Shown here piece by piece: positions 37,482 to 50,617 of a DNA stretch of 64,000 nucleotides. Below the pieces are notes generated by a model. That model was not told where the DNA came from, searched no databases, and saw nothing but the letters and a program-made list of their open reading frames with translations. The stretch lies in contig NW_021836129.1 in the NCBI RefSeq assembly GCF_006345805.1, positions 1 through 64,000 on the forward strand. The letters are read 5' to 3'. The first letter of the stretch is position 1; each line of letters begins with the position of its first letter. A program made the position numbers and the translations under genes. Source of the DNA: Octopus sinensis (lineage: Eukaryota).

Positions 37482-38017
37482 TATTATCTTATTTTCTCTG
37501 GTCTGGTATAGATTGCTTCGACCAATAAAACAGTTCGTTCATACGAGGAGTTCTGATGAATAAACTGGAAAATTATTTTTTGAGACATCTGTTCGATGAG
37601 CAGAAAAATTTTTATCAGGAGTTATCAATTTAATGTTTTTGATTGTAAAAATCTATGAATTAAGTAGAGATCACGGGGAGCTTTTACTCTGCTCCACGAG
37701 TTATAATTCACGAATTCGAAATCAAGGTTAACTCTGGATATATCACTCTCGATGTTGTCCATTATCGCAATTAGTTCTGAACACAAATATGTGTCGAAAT
37801 ATTTGATTTTAAATTTCAGATCAGTAAATGCTTCCTCGATTGAATAATGTACCCCTTCTGTTTTTGTAATTAAATTTATGACCACTTAGTAATTCCCATT
37901 ATTTTTTTATTTTATTTATTTATTAACCCCCAAGCTTGCATAGCAAACCCAGCACAAGCAGTCACATTATGGATTCGAATAGTATAGATTCATCGTGGAA
38001 TTCGAATTTTTATTATA

Positions 38018-38275
38018 TTATGAAAATGGGAATTTATTTCTGATTTCAACTAAATGTTTTGAGAAAATTGCATCATTTTCAAAAAATTTAATTCTTCTCA
38101 ATTTATCAGACAATATGTCCTCAATTTGTATGGACATTTCATCAATTTTTCTACGAAATGTATTATTACTGAGAGGGGTGTTTTTTATTATCTCTGAACC
38201 ATTTTTGCACATTTTTAACAAAGTTTTAAAAGAAGAAATACATAATATTTTTTGCAAGTGTATGGAGATAACCAT
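38018..38275 (-). mobile_element. ZBED5-like hAT fragment
   Basis: PLSNNTFRRKIDEMS..IEDIL motif. Confidence 0.7.
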
Positions 38276-38385
38276 TTTGGGCAGTTAATTCTACTATTAC
38301 AACCAAATGTAATCAGTTTAAAAGTGAAAATGAAAAAGTCCGCGAGAAAAAACGAGCTCGACCTACGAGCGCTGTGAGATAACGG

Positions 38386-38720
38386 TTATGTCCAGGCCGA
38401 ACGGATAGCTTGTGCGTTGCTGCGCATAATTGTAACCGAAATTCTTTGTCTCAGCCAAGAGGATTCGTGTCCATCCATGTTTCTCCGAGAGATAAGGAGA
38501 CCGACGTCTATCAAGAACTTGGCTGTTTGCGGGCCGAAGGATCCGGAGGTCTCGAAAGCCAAAAGGACAAAGTAATGTTGGGCAGTGGGTTGTCTGTACT
38601 TATCGACTTTGTGGGCTTCCCCCCCCCACCTGTCCAGACCGACTGGTTCAAGTACATTCGGGAAACCGGCAGCATTAAGTGCTCTCGAGATGACGTCGTT
38701 GAGTGCCCCGTGACGAGGTA
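38386..38720 (-). mobile_element. Third CRE-like LINE 3' fragment, internally deleted
   Basis: RHGALNDVISRAL.AAGFP.VLEP.GL..FETSGSFG..QRISVTIMRSN; the RPDG/WD segment is missing. Confidence 0.85.
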
Positions 38721-39049
38721 ATTCTGCTATTTGATATAAAAAGGTCACTTTTTTTTGGTTTTGAATTTTCGATTTTATAAAAAAATGTAAAATACTTTAT
38801 TCCATGTTAAGAATAAATTTAAGACATACAGTCAACCTTCGTTAATCCGAAAATTCAAATCGCTTTCCCTTCGGATTATGAAGAAATCTAAAATTTATAT
38901 GAACGTTAGATAAATGATCAGATTAGTGATCAAATTACTAATCTGTTTATAAACACAATTATTTGTAGAAAAAATCGAATAAAGTTTCTTTTTATAGTAT
39001 TTTTTTAATTAATTTTTGTAAATCATCCGAGATGTGTTTCAAATTTTTT

Positions 39050-39430
39050 ACAGTATCGTTTGTTATATTTTGAGAAAAGCAATTCGAACAAGAACTTGAT
39101 TAATGACAATTTGAATTGCTTGGAAATTGTTCTTCAAAATGTGACTTGGCGCGTAATCAAAAAGTAAATAAATTTTTTGTTATATTGTTCATTTCATCAT
39201 CAAGTAGCAGCATCACGCAATTAAACAAATAACTGGCTTTCGAATTTGGATAATAATGACAGTATTTTCCAACATTGAATCCTTTGAAACAGTTTGGTTT
39301 CTTGCTGTGTCCTGTCCATTCCGTTAATAACATCCATTCGAGATATCCTTTTTATCAATGAATTCTCAAGCAGATAATAATTTTTACAAGCTAGTCTATA
39401 GTAAGTGTTTGAGCTCTCACTGTTTTTCAT
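39050..39430 (-). mobile_element. Possible N-terminal/zinc-finger fragment of a KRBA2-like integrase
   Basis: KNYYLLENSLIK and a SCSNC motif; very degenerate; Tigger-like end CAGTCAACCTTCGTTAATCCG nearby at 38829. Confidence 0.35.
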
Positions 39431-39989
39431 TGTTCTTTATTTTTCAAAATTTCAGATAAAGTAGAATTTCGTAGTCCAGGTTTAATTCTCTTCTGATAAT
39501 TTGAGACAATTCATTCAGAGACATTTTCCTCGAATCCTTAATTTTTACAAATCTGTTCTTTTAGATGAATTTTGACTTCGGTCCTTTTTCTAACCATAGA
39601 AAGCGTGCTGTTAATTAAATTTGAAAAATTAATTAAAAAAATTAATCAACAAAATTATTTTGTAATAATAAACAAAATTAATCCGAAATTATAAACAAAA
39701 TTAATTGAATTTTCGGAGCATTGAATCAAATTTGGCAAAAAAAAGTTAAAAAATTTATAATTAGAAAATTGATTAATAACAACTTTTCTGGCAAATTTTG
39801 AGCAACTAGAGCAATACAAATACCTCGCCTTTCTATGTTTATCATCACTATCGTACCCTTTTACCCTTATTTTAAAATTTAAAATGTAAATGTCTTTATT
39901 CTTTTTTATGTTCCTTGCAATAAGAGAGAAATATCGTTAAGTTTCGTAAAAATCCAAGATAAGAACAGCCCCGCGTAGTAAGTAGCGTG

Positions 39990-41050
39990 CCTTAATGGAA
40001 TACGACGCGATAAGATGTCAAGACACGACGGGTCAATGGTGTAGTTGCCTCAAAAAAAAGATATTAATTTAAAAAAATTTATTATTGTACATACTCCTTG
40101 CAATTTGGTGTGAGGGTCTCCAAACAGCTGTAAATACTACCAACTCAGACAACAAACCTCATCAAATACTATGTTGACTCATCTTGACAAACAATTTCAA
40201 ATTCAATTGTAATTGACAAAGAGATAAAAAAAAAACCCATAAAATAGTGCAAATTTCAAGGTTTTTCAAAACGGGATATATAGTCTAACTTAGCGTTACT
40301 TTTGCAGTTAAAATCGCTAAGAATGGACCCATACGAGCTTCTTAAAGAATATAAGCTCCGCTTTCCTATCTTATACAATATCAGCTTGAATATTATCTTA
40401 AACTTTATTTATAAATTAACACAAATATGATGGCTGACGACAATCTTGCAGTTCTTTCCGACGAATTCGGTTTTATAAAGTTCGAAAAAAATCTCGCTCT
40501 TCCAGATAATGAGAAAAGTCGGGGCAACACTTGATGACCTCATATCCGTATTTAAACGTAGGATCATATTTATCAAATCACATTTTTAGACTCATATTTC
40601 ATCATTTTTGACCAGACTCAAACAAAAGTCTAAGGGATAATCTCCACAAGAGTCATCGAAGTAAACTGAATATTCAACAGTATTGAAATGAGTACTGAAA
40701 AAGTATTGTCGTGATGTATTCATGACAATTACTTTTGGACCAGCAGCTGACTCCCCTTGGAATCACCCGGGGCTACTTGACTGGGTGGCGAATGTTTGAA
40801 GATAAGTGGCTGTTGTATGCCAATCTGTTAGGACCAAACATTCACAATTATTAAAAAACCTAAAAGAATGTCAAATAACTACAATCACACTGTATCAGTG
40901 ATATAAACATATTTTAATGGTGAGAATATAACAAATTCCATACACAGAAACGCGTATGATTCATATAATGGATATCCAATGAATTTTATTCCCTTCCGGA
41001 GTCCATTTCCTCCAATCTGTTAGAACCAAACATCCCAATTATCGAAAAAG
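39990..41050 (+). pseudogene. Degenerate unidentified gene, copy 2 (inverted paralog of 7839-9250)
   Basis: MEYDAIRCQDTTGQWCSCLK and NNYNHTVSV segments; stops. Confidence 0.5.
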
Positions 41051-41615
41051 ACCCTGAAGTGTGCTTGGTGCTGGCAGATTAGTCGAAATGGACTTCAAAA
41101 CACGTAAAATGGCTCTGTGTCATCTTGTTACATTTGTAAATTGACTTTGAAGTAAAATTGAACGCTTCTCTAAGCAGTCTCTTTGCATTGGTCAGCCCAG
41201 AAATGTCATCATTTGTGGAAAAAGACATCGAGAACCCAACATGGACATTCAAATTGTGAGTAACAAATAAGAGAAATGTCAAATCAAATAAAATAAATAT
41301 TTAGATTATATCCTCTTGTTAAATGTTCTGACACTCTGGATGACAATAATGATGCAAAATAAAATAACAGTGTTGAGAAATTTTAAAATATATATAGACA
41401 GATTATAGGAATAAACTCAAAAAATGCTATTACATAATCGTTGTTTCCTAATAGTTATTACACCTTTTATTATTTCAAAAAACTTTGTCTATTTAGACAA
41501 ACCAAGCGTATTTGCCGTCTAATGGACAAACCCAGTCACTACCACTGAGGGGTCTTAACTAAGCAATAGAAAGTGTGAGCAAATCCAAATAATGAAATTA
41601 GTGATAAATCAAATG

Positions 41616-44600
41616 TTAATAGTTCAGAGCGCATAAATAATCTGGCTCTTCCCAACTACATAGATCTATCGAGAAAACAAAGTTGGTGGAATGTCCCGTG
41701 ATGGACAGAGTTCCTACACATTCCTCCACCACATGACTCACCAGCTCTCGTCAGTGTCTTATAAACTGACAAGGAGGCGTCATAATTTTTATTTTCTGTC
41801 GGAATCAGCCAGATTGGTGGCATTTCCACATACAGTTCCTTCGGTCTCGACTCCACTCGACGTCCCCCGTCTCATTGACCCCCCTCCATAAACAAGCCCG
41901 TAATCTAATACCCACTCAAAGGAGGACTGGATATGTCCTCTCCTTCCAACACCTACACTGTGCTCACGGCCATACTTTAAAAGCGAAACTTATTTTATCA
42001 ATTAAAATCACGTTCTTTCGAGCATAGTTTTAGAGAGTTCCCGTCAAGAAAGCCTGCGGAAAAAAGAAACCCGATAAAAAAACAGAGAATACATATTTTT
42101 CCCACATCAAGGCACTCTATTGGTGTACAAACTCTGTGCCATGTCCTTCAACTCCTGGGAAATGACAACCAGTCCTTTGACAGCCTTGAGTAAGTATTCC
42201 AAACACCTTCTAATGACACCAAGAAGACGATTCTAACTGACATATAATATTATCAACTATGGCTTTTTGGATGAGGGAAGTGTTCATTGACTCTTCGTAA
42301 AGGACGGGGTACTTTGAGGATATTTCCACTATGCTGAATTCAAGGGGAAGAATGGCGAAGATATCTCTGACAAGTTTGTCCACAATCTCAATCATAAACT
42401 AATAAACAGACATTTCAGACGAGTCTTCTGGTATTCTGGCACTTTTGTTTTGTGCGAAAGTGATATCTACATTCTCGTGCAGTCCGAATATCTCCGGGCT
42501 ATCATTGATAGGCAGGTCTCTTATATAAGTCAAATACCCCTGGCAACTAAAATCATTAACCTCACTCTGTGGTCCGTCGAAGGATAAGGTTGGAAAAATA
42601 CTCTTGTTTTGGAAAAAGTGTATTTCTCTTCAAAGACACTGTCGCTGTAAGAGTCCACCAGCAAGTAGGCGACTGTCCTTCTGTTCCAGTCGTCGGATAA
42701 GATAACTACATGAAACAAGTTAAAAGAGCAGATTTTTAAACGCAGGAGTCTATTTAAAAAAAAAGGTTAACCAATTTTGAATAATTGAAATAATTAATAA
42801 TAATAAACCTTATTTTGACACGAATTTAAAAATCATCATTTTGAGAAATGTACAATCAGAGGAGATTGGCTTTTATACCCCTGAGAGGCTCAATAGTCAT
42901 TTTGCTGCTATTTTGTAGTAGAAACGTGGAAAATCGAGTACTGGGGGGACTTATGAGCCAAACTCTAAAGTCTGTACACCTGATTTTAAAGTGACCCAAA
43001 ATAACTTTTTCCGGATCCAATTTTTCGATGAGTCTTTCCAACTGAGGCATCCAACTTTGTGCCAAATGACAGTTCTGGAAGACAACCCATTTCCAGTGCT
43101 CAATTTGTTCTCTCATAATCTCTTCGGCCCTCGGGCCTTGTCCTTGTCCAAGGGAAATTGACAAAAGTTTTTTAGAAAAGCGCATTTCCTCCGCGAATTT
43201 GTACAAATCCGCCGCGGGATCAGTTCCAGCCGAAATAATGAAGACGAGAGGAACGAAGGGAGACGAGTCCTTGAAGACCAGACTCAGGTGAGTAGTCTAG
43301 ACCGTTCCGTCACTCAAATTCACCTGAGGCTCGATAAAATGGCTTCCAAGGTTGTTGGAGACGTATTGCTGCATATTCGGGGTTATTTTATCAGACCGAA
43401 GACATTTGAGGACAATCATTTTCTGAAAGTCGTCGGGGGTTTTGTCCCAGAGAGCTGGCAGTGGATGGTTGTTAATAAAACTATAAGATATACTTGTGGG
43501 GATCTGAACTATCAAACTTATATTTATATTCGCAAAAATTGTCAATAAAGTGTTCGACTATTCCTTTAAATGAGTCCAGTGAGGCCAGTCCCTCCAATTT
43601 CTGTCGGAGAGCCAGTCTGGGGCGGGGTTCGGTTTTTGGATAGTCTTTTCGACTGAGCTCAACAGGAAATATCTCCACTCGTTCTAAAACTCGTTGAATT
43701 TTACGAACTCCTTTTATTTCTCCAAAGTTCTGTTTGATTCGTACACAAACGAGTAATCCAAACAAGAGTCTTCCAATTCCTTCCTATTTGAATATTGATT
43801 CGTATTTATATGCCTCATTTGAGCATTATTGACAATCAACTGGTTCTTGGCATCTTCAAGGTCAAAAAGTTCCTCCGTCACGACAATCCGCAATAACTGA
43901 TCCTCGAGGCTTCTAAAACTGATAATGACTTTTATATTGAGGACTGAGGTGGGTCAATAAATAGTGGCCACCGTTTTGAGTTATTGGCGATGAGTGCATT
44001 TTCAATCGAAAAGTTGTCTTTAGGCAGTCCCGTAATTTGCCAATTCCGTATTTTTACCGGGTCCCCCATCGATGTCACGATCTCCGGGCGGTCAGTAATA
44101 GGGACCTTGCACTCAGTAAGGACTTTTAGACATTTCTCGTATAGAATAGCCCGATATTCATGCTTTAATAAAATTATTTAAGTTTTATACCGTGAATGGT
44201 CCCAAATAGGCAATCGACACGGCGGCTATCAAAATATCCCCCACAAAATTTTGTAACGTGTATTCCAAAGTCTCGACAGTCTGTTGCCACCGGGATTTCT
44301 CGCTGCCGAGTCCCCGTACCCATCGATGTAAGGACGTATCTTCCTTATGATGGCTTCGGGGATGTTGTCCTTGTCGTAGGTGAAAAGAGAGTCGATAAAT
44401 TTTTAAGGTTTTTGGAAAGGGTCTTTCCGGGCTCTCAAAAGTCGTCGACCTTGACTTCGGGAATGTAGGTGGGGACTTTTTCAAGCTTGACCACCTTCAT
44501 AATGCACACAGTCTCCATCACAAGTTTGACCCCATCGGGAGGACAGGACATAGCCTTTACTTCGAATACGTCATTCTTGTTGAGGGACTTGAAACTCGAT

Positions 44601-47600
44601 AAGGCGGCACTCTAATCTAAGACGTATTGTCCAACCATGATGAGGAGGGCTTCACTCAGTTCTCGCTGGGTATCATCGGCGATGTTCTGGCACTCATCTG
44701 CCTTTGCACATGCATCAGTTTCTTCCTTCTTTACATGAGCTCTTGTTTCTTCTGCCACTTTCTAGACTTGTTTAATAGCCCTCCTAACTGTGTCTTTCTC
44801 GATTTGGGAAAGCGTTCTGTTGGCTTCGTCCATTGCCTCTTCGAGTTGGGGTCTCAATTCGCTCAGACTTGACTGGAGGACGACAACTTCCTCAGAAGTA
44901 GTCATCAACTGAGATAACTTCCAAACCAATAGTCACCTTATCCAATCCCGTTTTTAGTCTGTTTTTGGCAGATACGACTTGAGATCTCTTGATTCCAAGC
45001 AGGGAAGAAAAAGAGGAGATCAATTCGAGATAACTAGTAGAAGTCACGTAGTTATGATGGTTTATTTCGATCAGGAATTTGTTGGACAGTTCAATCACAT
45101 TTTGGTGGATAAGTCGACAGGATTTTATCTATGACTATTTTATTCAGTCTTTACTATTCCTGAGATTGTTTCTTGGTCGTCTTTCAATTCAGGAAGATCT
45201 GTCAAGAACCTTTCAGCAACTGATTGGTAACCACTGTGTGCAGATTAGTTCTCACTCTCTTGGTGTATATCAAGTATAAATTTGTCTTGGTAGGCTGCAT
45301 CCCCATCTCACTACAAATTGGCTGCATTTGCTGATATATTTTGTCCAATTCTTCATTTCCGTAAAGATTTTGAACATCTCTTGAATTTAAAATGTTGTTG
45401 AGGCTCTCTAGGAATCCTTCGTCTTTGATCTGCCATTGAGGTCTCTTCAAGTCCCAACCTGTGTGTCATTGAAGAGAAACACAATCTGAGTCTCCTTTAG
45501 ATTAGCTTCCATGTTGAACGTGTAGTGCAGGGTGTCAAACATGCGGTCTACAAAAAATCTACAAAAAATTATTTTTTTATTTTTGTTACATTTAATTAAA
45601 CTTTTTAATTGTATTTTTAAATCGTGTTTGTTAATGTCACGTGCTTTTTCTGCAATAATAAAGAAACGATGCTTGAAAGATGAACGGAGAGTGTTTCTAG
45701 ATAAATGAGAACTTTTCTATTTTTACACAAAGGTTGATGGACATTGTTTGATATGTAACAATTTATCGCTATACCGAAAGAACACAACCTAAAGAGGCAT
45801 TATCAATCTAATCATCTATCATACAATTATTTCGAAGGCTGCTTATTAACCAAGAAGGTCCAATGCATGTTTCAAAAGAATTGCGAAAAAATTTATCTGC
45901 GTTACAGACTCATTTCACAAAAAGTCATAATCGAAGTACTGCATTAGTCACTACAAGCTATGAAATCAGCAGAATGCTTGCAGTAAATGGAAAATCATAT
46001 TGTGATGGTAATTTCATCAAGCAATGCCTTCAAAAAACAGCGAATATTATTTGTTCAGACGACGCCCACTTGTTTAAAGATATTTCATTAACAAGAAATA
46101 CTGTTGCCGAACACATTAATGAAATGGCATTGAATTTGAAACAACAATTAAAGTCTGATTTGTAAAAATTCGAATATTTTTCAGTTGCAATCGATGAAAC
46201 AGTTGATGTCGTTGGAATTGCACAATTAGCAATCTTTTTTAGAGCCTGTGATTCAGATTTTAATATTTATGAAGAATTTCTCGAACTGGTACCAATGCAC
46301 GATACTACTACAAGTAAAGATATCTTTATATAACTACTACAAATTCTCTTTGAATATGGGTTTGATTTGAAGAAGCTTGTATGTTTATGCACTGATGGTG
46401 CTCCGAATATGGTTGGACGATATGCTGGCGTTGCCGCCAAATTGCGAGCTAAAATACAAAAGGTAAATCCCGGGTCATCATTTGACAGAGGTCATCCCCT
46501 CAACACCGGCAGTTTAGTAAACTGCTGACAGATATTAATAATCAGTTCAGCGACATTCCTTTTTATACTCCAGTCCGCTGGTTGTCACTTCAGAAAGTTG
46601 TTAAAAATATTTTATTTGTTGAGATCGGAAATCATTTTATTTATGGAAATGAAAGGGCAAAACATAGACGAAATGAAAAGTCAAACTTGGATCAGGAGTA
46701 CTGTTGATGCACATAATGTAATGAATTTTTCTCAGTATGAAAAAAAACTAAAATCGTTGTTAAAGGAATTTCAAGAAAGATTTAATGATTTTTCGTCTTT
46801 TGAACAACAATTTTCATTATTCGCATCACCATTCTCTCTTAATGTTTCCAATGCAGATGAATGTTTATAAAGCTAAAAATTTGGAGGTTAGAATACCTGC
46901 TTTCTTTTCATATCTTCCGGGAAAGTTTAAAAACTTTAAAAAGTTTGCAACAAAAATCATTGCTATGTTTGGTTCGACATATTTGTGTGAACAGCTTTTT
47001 TCTTTTATGAAATTGATAAAAACTGCTCAAAGAACAAGATTAAATGATGAACATTTATCTTCTTTAATAAAAGTCGGAACTAAATGAATAGCTCAGCCTG
47101 ACATATCAAAAATTGTATCTAAAAAAAGATGTCAATCCTCTGGAAGCAGTTCTCACCAAAATTAAAGGGCGATGGTTGAATAATTTAGTTTCTTTTATTT
47201 TGATTATTCATCATTATAAATATCAGAATTAATCTTCCCTTAATGAGAAATTATTATAAATGCGGCCCTCGAAGCGAAATTGACACCTCTGTTGTAAAGA
47301 GTCTTGTTCGGAGTCGGAAGGAAAAAATTGAGGACATTTTGGTATATTTCAATGCATGCCGTAACAATCTGATCTACCTGTCAAAATCGATTTATGCTCA
47401 TCTGAATGATTCATCTTTACTTCTTAACCTGCCCACGTGCGTATGATTGTGCCGAATATGTGGCGGATGCTTGTGTCACTCATTTCCACAAAGGAGACCA
47501 TGTTGAAGCATCTCAAAAACCTCTGCGTCACCGCGTTCCTCCCCCCACCATGAGGACCCATTGCACAACAGAAATTAATGTCAATCAGTTTGCAAAAGTC

Positions 47601-47800
47601 CCCTACACAAAATAGACATAAATGACCGAACCAATCATTTTCCTGTCGTACCAACCTCCGTTTCCGAGACACTGTCGAATTAATTCGATTGGAGTTTGAG
47701 CTCCCCAGATTTCTAGTGCTGGTATATTCAAATCATCAATAAAAAATATTCGTTTTTTCCCCAGAGGAGGGCCGTAGATTCACTTCCGACTGTCTGGGTC
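41616..47800 (-). pseudogene. DNAH1: Axonemal inner-arm dynein heavy chain (DNAH1-like) pseudogene, AAA3 to C-terminus
   Basis: FIDDLN, AMGP.GGGRN, PTPNKTHYTFN, LNNILNS, YLGPFT, SLGQGQGPRAE, QNCHLA.SWMP, KYPVLYEESMNT, YKTLTRAGTLS.TGHSTNF; many 23-29 nt introns; TGA at 44435-44437 where Trp is expected; frameshifts, large internal deletions and a hAT insertion. Confidence 0.92.
45528..47291 (+). mobile_element. Degenerate Buster/GTF2IRD2-type hAT inserted in the dynein pseudogene
   Basis: Ends CAGGGTGTCAAA and TTGACACCTCTG; LTRNTVAE, AIDETVD, CTDGAPNM, RWLS, FGSTYLCEQLFS; stops and deletions. Confidence 0.9.
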
Positions 47801-49839
47801 CAACAAATTTCAAAACCTCGTCGAAAACCTTAAAGAACAGTCCAAATGCAGTGAAAGACTTCTAAATGATCTGAAATGTCGTTTTAATTCACTTTTGGAC
47901 AAAGTTTCAAGTTTTGAACAGTTGCACTGCAAGGCAATGACAGAACTAAAAATGCAAAACAACGAACTTTGTGTATTTTGTTGATTTAAAATAAGCATAA
48001 AATCGAACTAAATTTGACGGAGAATGAACCAATGATTTCTGAGTTTAGAAGAATGAATTTAGAAATTTCCGACAGGCAAATAATGACGGGAGAATTCTAC
48101 GGAATTTTATTTGAAATAATCAGACGGGACCAATTAGATTCCAAAGCAACCACACATGTCTGATTTGGGTAGATTAGGTTTCTGGTGGAACAGTGGCTTT
48201 TCAAATTGACTCATGATAAACGAATGGATGTTAGAAAGGCCTAAGGACCTGATTTGGGTAGATTAGGTTAAGATTTTCAAAGTCATAAAATTAGCTTATT
48301 TTGTAGATTTAAATATGAAAACAGCCTTTTTTCTTGATTAAAGTTTGTAATAAACATTTATTCTAATCATGCTTTTACGAAGAATAAAAAAAGTAGAATA
48401 AAAGTTAAAACAATTTTGATAAATTTTTATGGATTTTAGTATTTGAAATTTCCTACAATCAGGCAATGGAACCGAATCCAAGAACTCTTATGTGACAAAA
48501 GTCTGTGACAAGTTCTGCATTACTCAAATACATATGAAACTAAACAATCCAAAGAGTCAGGGAATTGTCTAAAGATTTAATCAGATCATCACGGAGTTTA
48601 TTGTATTTATTTTATAATTAACAAGAAGCTTCTTATTTAGAGATATTATGTGACGATTACTTTTTTCTATTTACAAAAGTTTGAATATTCATACTGGTAA
48701 AATGTAACTATTGTTTCAAAATTTTCTATCAATTTTGTGAACGTTTAATACAGTGGGGAGTATGTTTATAATAAATAGTCGTTAATTTTTGATTTGACGA
48801 TAATCAACATTAATAAAATTTATCATGATTTCACCTTTGGCTCGGTCTCACTCTCGCCACATATTACAAAGGGAAACATTAGGATTAAATATTCATTTCG
48901 GCGTCCTGACCTCACTATTAGTTTTTAAAAACTAGTAAAAACTTTTTAATACCAAAAAATGATTCGTCTCTTAAGTCAGATGCCATGCTGACTGCAATCT
49001 ATATTATCTCTTGATGCTCGTTGATTGAGTCTTTTATTACTCAGAGGATGTCGCTCCATTGCACTTTTTGAGAGGTCTGGCCGAGAGAAGAGGAAGAAGA
49101 GACGAAACAGGTGTTTAGAGTGCTGCCCATTGTTTATTCCGAAGGTTTGTTTATCCCGAAAATATTAGCAAAGTCTGAAACACATTGAGCCGGCGGAAGT
49201 CGAAGTGAGCTTGTAATTGAAATGTTCAGAACATCTCAGAAGAATTGGATTAGTTGTAATGGTTTGGAGATCTATGACAAAAATGATAAGTTACATTTTT
49301 GGAAAATTCTATTTTGCTGAATAAAAATAATTAATCATGTCCTAATATTGTTTCTGTAAAATTAAAGTTTCTAAATGTCGCCGAAAAAATTATGAATATA
49401 TTCTGATATATATTCATTTGGAACATTTTTGGTCAGTTTTTTCGTGATTGTCACGGTTTTGGAAATCCCGGTCGGACCCACGCAAAGCACTTGGTCAGTC
49501 GGATTAAATATTTACAGGTTTTTTGTTTTTTAGAAGAAGATCAAGTATGTACAATGATCTTATATGGTCAACGGTTGGCACAGTTATGTCAATGAACCTT
49601 TGTTGGGAGGAATTGAGAATTGGTCTCTATTTTGGAATCAACATTTTTTATATTTATACTTCATTTGGCAGACTTTCCATTCATTTGACATATGTCTAAG
49701 AAATATTCCATTATATAATTCTGCCTTAATACATTTTTTTAATTATTGAATTCAAGTTACCTTCAGAATCAAAATGTCGAAATAATGTCGGAATTTTGAC
49801 CGAAAAATGTGAAATAAAATAATCGGATTGTTAATTAAT

Positions 49840-50520
49840 GAAAAGATTTTTCTAATTATTGATGGAACTGATGCTAGCTAAGACAAAATTGTAAATATTC
49901 TTATTGAGAAAATAACTTATAGCATCTATCTTAGCGATTATAGAGCATTAAATTTTTTGCCGAGTTGTATGTTAGATTGTAAACGGTACAATTCGTTTTG
50001 TGAATGCTGAAAGAAAAAATTTTTACTCTTATTAACCGACGCTGTAAGGTTGATAATTCAGTCGGAAAAATAGTACAAAATTTTTCATTTTAACCTGTTT
50101 TTAGTAATATTTATTTCACATTTGATTAATAATTGTACACTGAATTATCGTGTAGTAAAAAACTTAAGAAAACTTAATTTTTAACTCTATTTTACTTTCA
50201 CTTTGGAATTTTTCCATTTTGCATCCAAAATTCAAAAATAATAGGTTTTAGGAATAATTTGTTTTTAGAATGTCTATCTTTCGTAAGAATCCTATACAAT
50301 TGCGAAATAGTTCTCTCAACAAAAGAAAAACTAGCTCTGTTTGAAATCCTAATAAAACTACATTCGATTCAAACTGAGGTGTGAACGAGTAAAAGTCCTG
50401 TGATGAAACTTGACTGCACTACTCAAAAATATCTGATACAGTAAAGAACTTTCAAGATTGTTGTAGACTGTATTCAAGATTAAAACAGATTATGCGACAT
50501 GCTGAATACCGTTCAATATA
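49840..50520 (+). mobile_element. Highly degenerate relative of the 21231 hAT
   Basis: RKN(F)LLLLTDA resembles RQNFLLLITDS; fragments only. Confidence 0.4.
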
Positions 50521-50617
50521 AGCAACTGACTGCCAGTTCCTAACTGTTTAACGCAGTGCTGATTCTCTCCAAAAATTATGTCCATATTGACGAAAGCTTG
50601 AAGTGTAGTCACCCTAT

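Noticed and set aside
41964-41990. GCTCACGGCCATAC resembles the 5' end of 5S rRNA
   Set aside because: It is the reverse complement of a 23-nt dynein intron (gtatggccgtgagcacagtgtag) between FAFK and VLEG; the rest of 5S is absent.
46464-46489. 26-nt GT-AG segment as an intron in the 45528 hAT
   Set aside because: It coincides with an internal deletion junction (the CxxH region is missing), and splicing does not restore a motif.
41616-47800. Alternative genetic code (TGA or TAG read as sense) explaining the stops
   Set aside because: TGG encodes conserved Trp nearby; stops co-occur with frameshifts and deletions; most other stops lie inside introns.
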